Source of the DNA: a virus
Taxonomy: Duplodnaviria > Caudoviricetes
Direction: 5' to 3' (one strand)
Virus record (IMG/VR): IMGVR_UViG_3300042371_000459
Coordinates: 1-26,105 of that record
Length of the DNA: 26,105 nt
Positions 23,973-26,105 of the stretch are shown in pieces. The notes beneath the pieces were generated by a model, which was given only the letters and a program-made list of their open reading frames with translations, did no database searches and was not told the origin of the DNA. Position 1 is the first letter of the stretch. Every line of letters begins with the position of its first letter. The position numbers were made by a program, and so were the translations under genes.

Positions 23973-25691
23973 CTATTTTTTAGGTTGGTTATAAAAAACT
24001 CCAGAATTTCCTACTGGGGCAAAGGGGTTACTAGAACCGCCCCCACTAGCACCACCCCTTCCTTTGTATTGATTCATAATTGTCATTAACCCTTGTACTC
24101 CCTCTTGTATCTCTTCTGGAGACCCTCCACCTTGCAGTCCACGACCATAGATTTCTGCTAGTTTATCCGCTGATAAATTACCTGCTTTAAACGCTGCTTC
24201 TTCCATCGTAGACATATTCTTCATTGCTTGTATGGCTTGCGCCTGTGAAGCTCTAAGCTGTTCTATATTCATAGCCCCCACATTCTTAAGCTTTTCAACG
24301 CCGTAATTTCCTCTAATTCCAAGCATTGTCTCTTCTCTTTTAGCCCTAGCTTCTGCTTCTTTCTCAGCCATCTTAGCTTGTTGACCTATATACGCCTCAG
24401 CAGCAGCCCTATGACCTGCAAGATCAGATTTCTTTTGAGCCATTTGTAGAGCCATTAATTCTTTGTCTGCAGTCCCTTGTTCTTTAGCACCTGATTGATA
24501 AGATGAGAGGCCAGACATAAGACCTGCACCTAGAGCTTGGCTCATATACGGAGTTTGAGCAGATAACATACCACCTATACCTCCAACTAATGCACCAAGC
24601 CCCTTGTCTCTTCTAGCGTTTGCAGCATTTTCTCTAGCCATACCTACTTCTTCAGACATATCAGCTTCAGGACCTAATAACTTCTGGTACTGTGCTATTG
24701 ATTCTTCTGCTGTAAGATGTGGAGTAGTATCTTTGTTTAACATAGACGCCACTACGGCGTCCGCATCATAAGAACTAGGGTTTACAACCCCTTTAGAGAG
24801 GTACTTATCTAAGCCTTGGTATGTCTCTCCTTTAGCTGTAGGAGAAGCGGCATTAGCTTCAGCAGAACTACCCGGTGCAGGAGCAGTATCTTTTTTACTA
24901 TGGTGAGCTTTAACTTTAGGTTTAGCTTTAGGAGCTACCATATCTGACAGTCTATAATCATTTTTAGGACTAGTTTGTTCAGTAGGCATACCCATATCAG
25001 AAATAGGAGCTTCTAATGTAGGTGCTTCGTACTGACCATAAGGTGAAGATGGGTCTCCTCCTAAATTAATAGACGGTAGTCCTGCACTAGGTGCTGTATT
25101 GGTATAAGCTTTATATTTATCTAAAAGATCAGTACCTGTGTTCTTAGCTTGTTTTGCAAAGTTATCAAACCACTTCCCTTCATTAGCTATACCATCTTCT
25201 TCAGTGGTAGCCGCGTCTTCTACTGCATTTTCGTCCTCTACTAACTTAGCTAAACTACCATCTGTACCATCAAAACCTCTAACCTCTCCACCACGAGCTA
25301 AAGCAGTTATACCACCTGTTGCTGCCATTTGTTGAGGAGCTTGTTCAGTATTCTCAGGGGCTACCGCTAGTCCTGCACCAAACATAGGGTTTTGTTGAGC
25401 TGTTTGTTGCATAGCCATCTGGTTTTGGCGTACTTGTGGTAAGCCTTGTGGAGATGTTTGTTGAAACTCTTGTAGCTTCTGTTGCAGTATAGTACCTTGT
25501 GGAGCTTGGGGACGAGGCGCTCTAGCTTGTTGTTGGTACTGAACGCCCATACCTATAGCTAGTAATAGAGGAGAATCTTTTGGTAGCCCTTGTTTAGCCG
25601 CCTCTATCTGCTGTGGAGTAGCTGTTTTTGCCCAATCAAAAAGCTGGTTGTTTTGCTGGCTGTAAGCTTCATTAGTTACTGGAACACTCAT
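23973..25691 (-). CDS. putative internal virion / DNA ejection protein
   Basis: 572 aa, Gln/Ala/Gly-rich, with ATGG…ARGGEV motif, a Gly-rich hydrophobic segment and a coiled coil. GAGG SD. Lies directly upstream of the giant protein. Confidence 0.65.
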   Translation of the reverse strand: MSVPVTNEAYSQQNNQLFDWAKTATPQQIEAAKQGLPKDSPLLLAIGMGVQYQQQARAPRPQAPQGTILQQKLQEFQQTSPQGLPQVRQNQMAMQQTAQQNPMFGAGLAVAPENTEQAPQQMAATGGITALARGGEVRGFDGTDGSLAKLVEDENAVEDAATTEEDGIANEGKWFDNFAKQAKNTGTDLLDKYKAYTNTAPSAGLPSINLGGDPSSPYGQYEAPTLEAPISDMGMPTEQTSPKNDYRLSDMVAPKAKPKVKAHHSKKDTAPAPGSSAEANAASPTAKGETYQGLDKYLSKGVVNPSSYDADAVVASMLNKDTTPHLTAEESIAQYQKLLGPEADMSEEVGMARENAANARRDKGLGALVGGIGGMLSAQTPYMSQALGAGLMSGLSSYQSGAKEQGTADKELMALQMAQKKSDLAGHRAAAEAYIGQQAKMAEKEAEARAKREETMLGIRGNYGVEKLKNVGAMNIEQLRASQAQAIQAMKNMSTMEEAAFKAGNLSADKLAEIYGRGLQGGGSPEEIQEGVQGLMTIMNQYKGRGGASGGGSSNPFAPVGNSGVFYNQPKK

Positions 25692-26104
25692 TATTTTTTA
25701 CCTCTGTTGCTTACTTTACCATTCTTAATTAACCCACCACGAGCCCATTTGCCGGGCGATCCTGTAGTTGTTGTGGTACCTCCTCCTCCTTGTACATTCT
25801 GACCTCCCAAGGTATTAACTACCCCTGCATTAATAGAAGTAGGAGCATTGAGCCAACTAGCGGCGTTACCTGATTGTGCATCAAGGACACTTTGAGCTAG
25901 GTTTTGTCCTGCATTAGCTGCTTGTCCTTGAGCCCCTAAGGTAGCTAAGTCAGCCGCATTTTGAGCAGAGCCTGTACTTGTTAATCCTGAAGCAACTTGC
26001 CCCATACCTTGAAGAGCCCCTATACCCTGTTGATTAGCAGTTAGCCCCGCTTGTTGATTACCTTGACCCGCGGTTAATTGGTTTTGCGCATAGGCGTTGT
26101 TAGC
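25691..26104 (-). CDS. C-terminal part of a putative pilot/ejection protein (truncated by the window edge)
   Basis: The frame stays open from the window end (…ANNAYAQNQLTAGQGNQQAG…) to a TAA that overlaps the next ATG. Ala/Gly/Gln/Asn-rich, with WARGGLIK near the C-terminus. Confidence 0.65.
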   Translation of the reverse strand, partial: ANNAYAQNQLTAGQGNQQAGLTANQQGIGALQGMGQVASGLTSTGSAQNAADLATLGAQGQAANAGQNLAQSVLDAQSGNAASWLNAPTSINAGVVNTLGGQNVQGGGGTTTTTGSPGKWARGGLIKNGKVSNRGKK

Positions 26105-26105
26105 A

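Noticed and set aside
23930-23990. Sigma70 promoter for the giant gene (TATAAT on the minus strand at 23962-23967)
   Set aside because: There is no matching -35 or extended -10 element, and the AT-rich spacer alone is insufficient evidence.
18801-25802. Plus-strand ORFs inside the virion genes and the alternative-frame ORF 23410-23622
   Set aside because: These are Ser/Thr/Leu-rich antisense shadows or lack a convincing SD/ATG and protein-like features, unlike the nested ORF at 21607-21765.

Overview
This window is a fragment of a tailed dsDNA bacteriophage genome (Caudoviricetes, probably podovirus-like) with two convergent blocks. The + strand (1-16813) holds accessory and replication genes: a DUF2201-type metallopeptidase-VWA protein, HTH proteins, VRR-NUC, a family A DNA polymerase, a TraR/DksA-like protein, DUF3310, a Cas4-like PD-(D/E)XK nuclease, two HNH proteins, an SNF2 helicase, a putative ssDNA-binding protein and a primase-helicase. 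The - strand (16841-26105) holds probable internal virion/ejection proteins, including a 2362-aa polyvalent-type protein with a lytic transglycosylase domain. A bidirectional terminator separates the blocks. Three features stand out. (1) A tandem array of five translationally coupled paralogs (3298-5325) is built from short conserved DNA anchors that flank interchangeable variable segments, and chimeric junctions are visible. (2) A 52-aa basic gene with its own Shine-Dalgarno is nested out of frame inside the giant virion gene (21607-21765) and is missing from the ORF track. (3) An AT-rich in-frame segment of the same giant gene is bounded by a perfect 19-bp direct repeat. I saw no rRNA, tRNA, CRISPR array, integrase or reverse transcriptase. 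All family calls come from motif recognition by eye, not from database searches.
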